Positions 23,721 to 24,000 of a stretch of 24,000 nucleotides of DNA are shown piece by piece. Location: positions 7,545 to 31,544 of the forward strand of contig JAVVEV010000023.1 of assembly GCA_032251035.1 (NCBI GenBank). The letters run 5' to 3'. This DNA is from Thiogranum sp. Lineage in GTDB: Bacteria > Pseudomonadota > Gammaproteobacteria > DSM-19610. The position numbers and the translations under genes are program-made. Numbering within the stretch: the first letter of the stretch is position 1; every line of letters starts with the position of its first letter. The notes under the pieces were generated by a model. It was not told where the DNA came from. It made no database searches and worked only from the letters and a program-made list of their open reading frames with translations.

Positions 23721-24000
23721 TCAGGCTGCCTGTTCGCCCAGATAGCGTCCAAACCAGTTCCGCGCCAGCTCGGCCACCTCCTCCAGCTTGCCGGGTTCCT
23801 CGAACAGATGGGTGGCCCCAGGCACGATCTCCAGCCGGCATTCGCCATACAACTGCGCGGCGGCCTCCCGGTTCATCTCGATCACCGCGTGATCCAGCCC
23901 GCCGACGATCAGCAGGGTAGGCGCCTGTACCCGCGGCAGGTTATTCATTGCCAGGTCCGGCCGCCCGCCGCGTGAGACCACGGCCCTGACTACCTGGGGT
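23721..24000 (-). CDS. Alpha/beta hydrolase (dienelactone-hydrolase-like), C-terminal part; 5' end outside the window
   Basis: The frame is open to position 24000. The sequence [12 protein letters not shown]...[18 protein letters not shown]...[19 protein letters not shown] is typical of the DLH-like C-terminus with the catalytic His (GATH). Its stop lies 8 nt before the prs-like start. Confidence 0.65.
   Translation of the reverse strand, partial: PQVVRAVVSRGGRPDLAMNNLPRVQAPTLLIVGGLDHAVIEMNREAAAQLYGECRLEIVPGATHLFEEPGKLEEVAELARNWFGRYLGEQAA

Noticed and set aside
1-24000. I checked for CRISPR repeats, tRNA T-arm signatures (GGTTCGAATCC-like), rRNA, IS terminal inverted repeats, and integrase or transposase ORFs.
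   Set aside because: None was found by eye. The only recurrent short elements are the promoter/operator-like motifs reported above.

Overview
GC-rich window (GC not computed) whose gene content looks proteobacterial. It holds about 30 genes. I recognised no rRNA, tRNA, CRISPR array, transposase or integrase. All calls come from reading the supplied ORF translations and the raw sequence by eye. No searches were run. Left to right: (1) a minus-strand envelope operon of TPR protein, HExxH peptidase and beta-lactamase-fold serine hydrolase. (2) A tiny secreted Gly/Tyr/His/Arg-rich protein behind an ECF-type promoter. (3) A secreted CesT/YbjN-like protein plus a rhodanese. (4) A four-gene translationally coupled putative aminolipid operon: OlsF-like bifunctional acyltransferase, DinB-like protein, NRDE/TANGO2-like protein, LpxO/OlsC-like hydroxylase. 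(5) PilZ, NDH-2, then an ECF sigma with a small soluble zinc-finger anti-sigma. (6) An MlaC-like protein, a secreted FGE-fold protein, and a PAS-GGDEF(degenerate)-EAL protein. (7) The stand-out locus: DUF2282 precursor, DUF692 (MNIO), DUF2063 and DoxX, which is the bufferin/gig-type RiPP metallophore gene set. (8) A roughly 2.3-kb decay zone. It contains a frameshifted and truncated peroxiredoxin-like gene, a Phd-ParE toxin-antitoxin pair with an extra HigA-like HTH gene, a broken small ORF, an hsp20 remnant, and a groEL paralog frameshifted exactly at a perfect 24-bp palindrome. (9) A Prs-like kinase and a dienelactone-hydrolase-like gene running off the right edge. A GGAACC-N17-GTC motif recurs upstream of the sigma gene and of the Gly/Tyr/His-rich gene, which suggests a small local ECF regulon.
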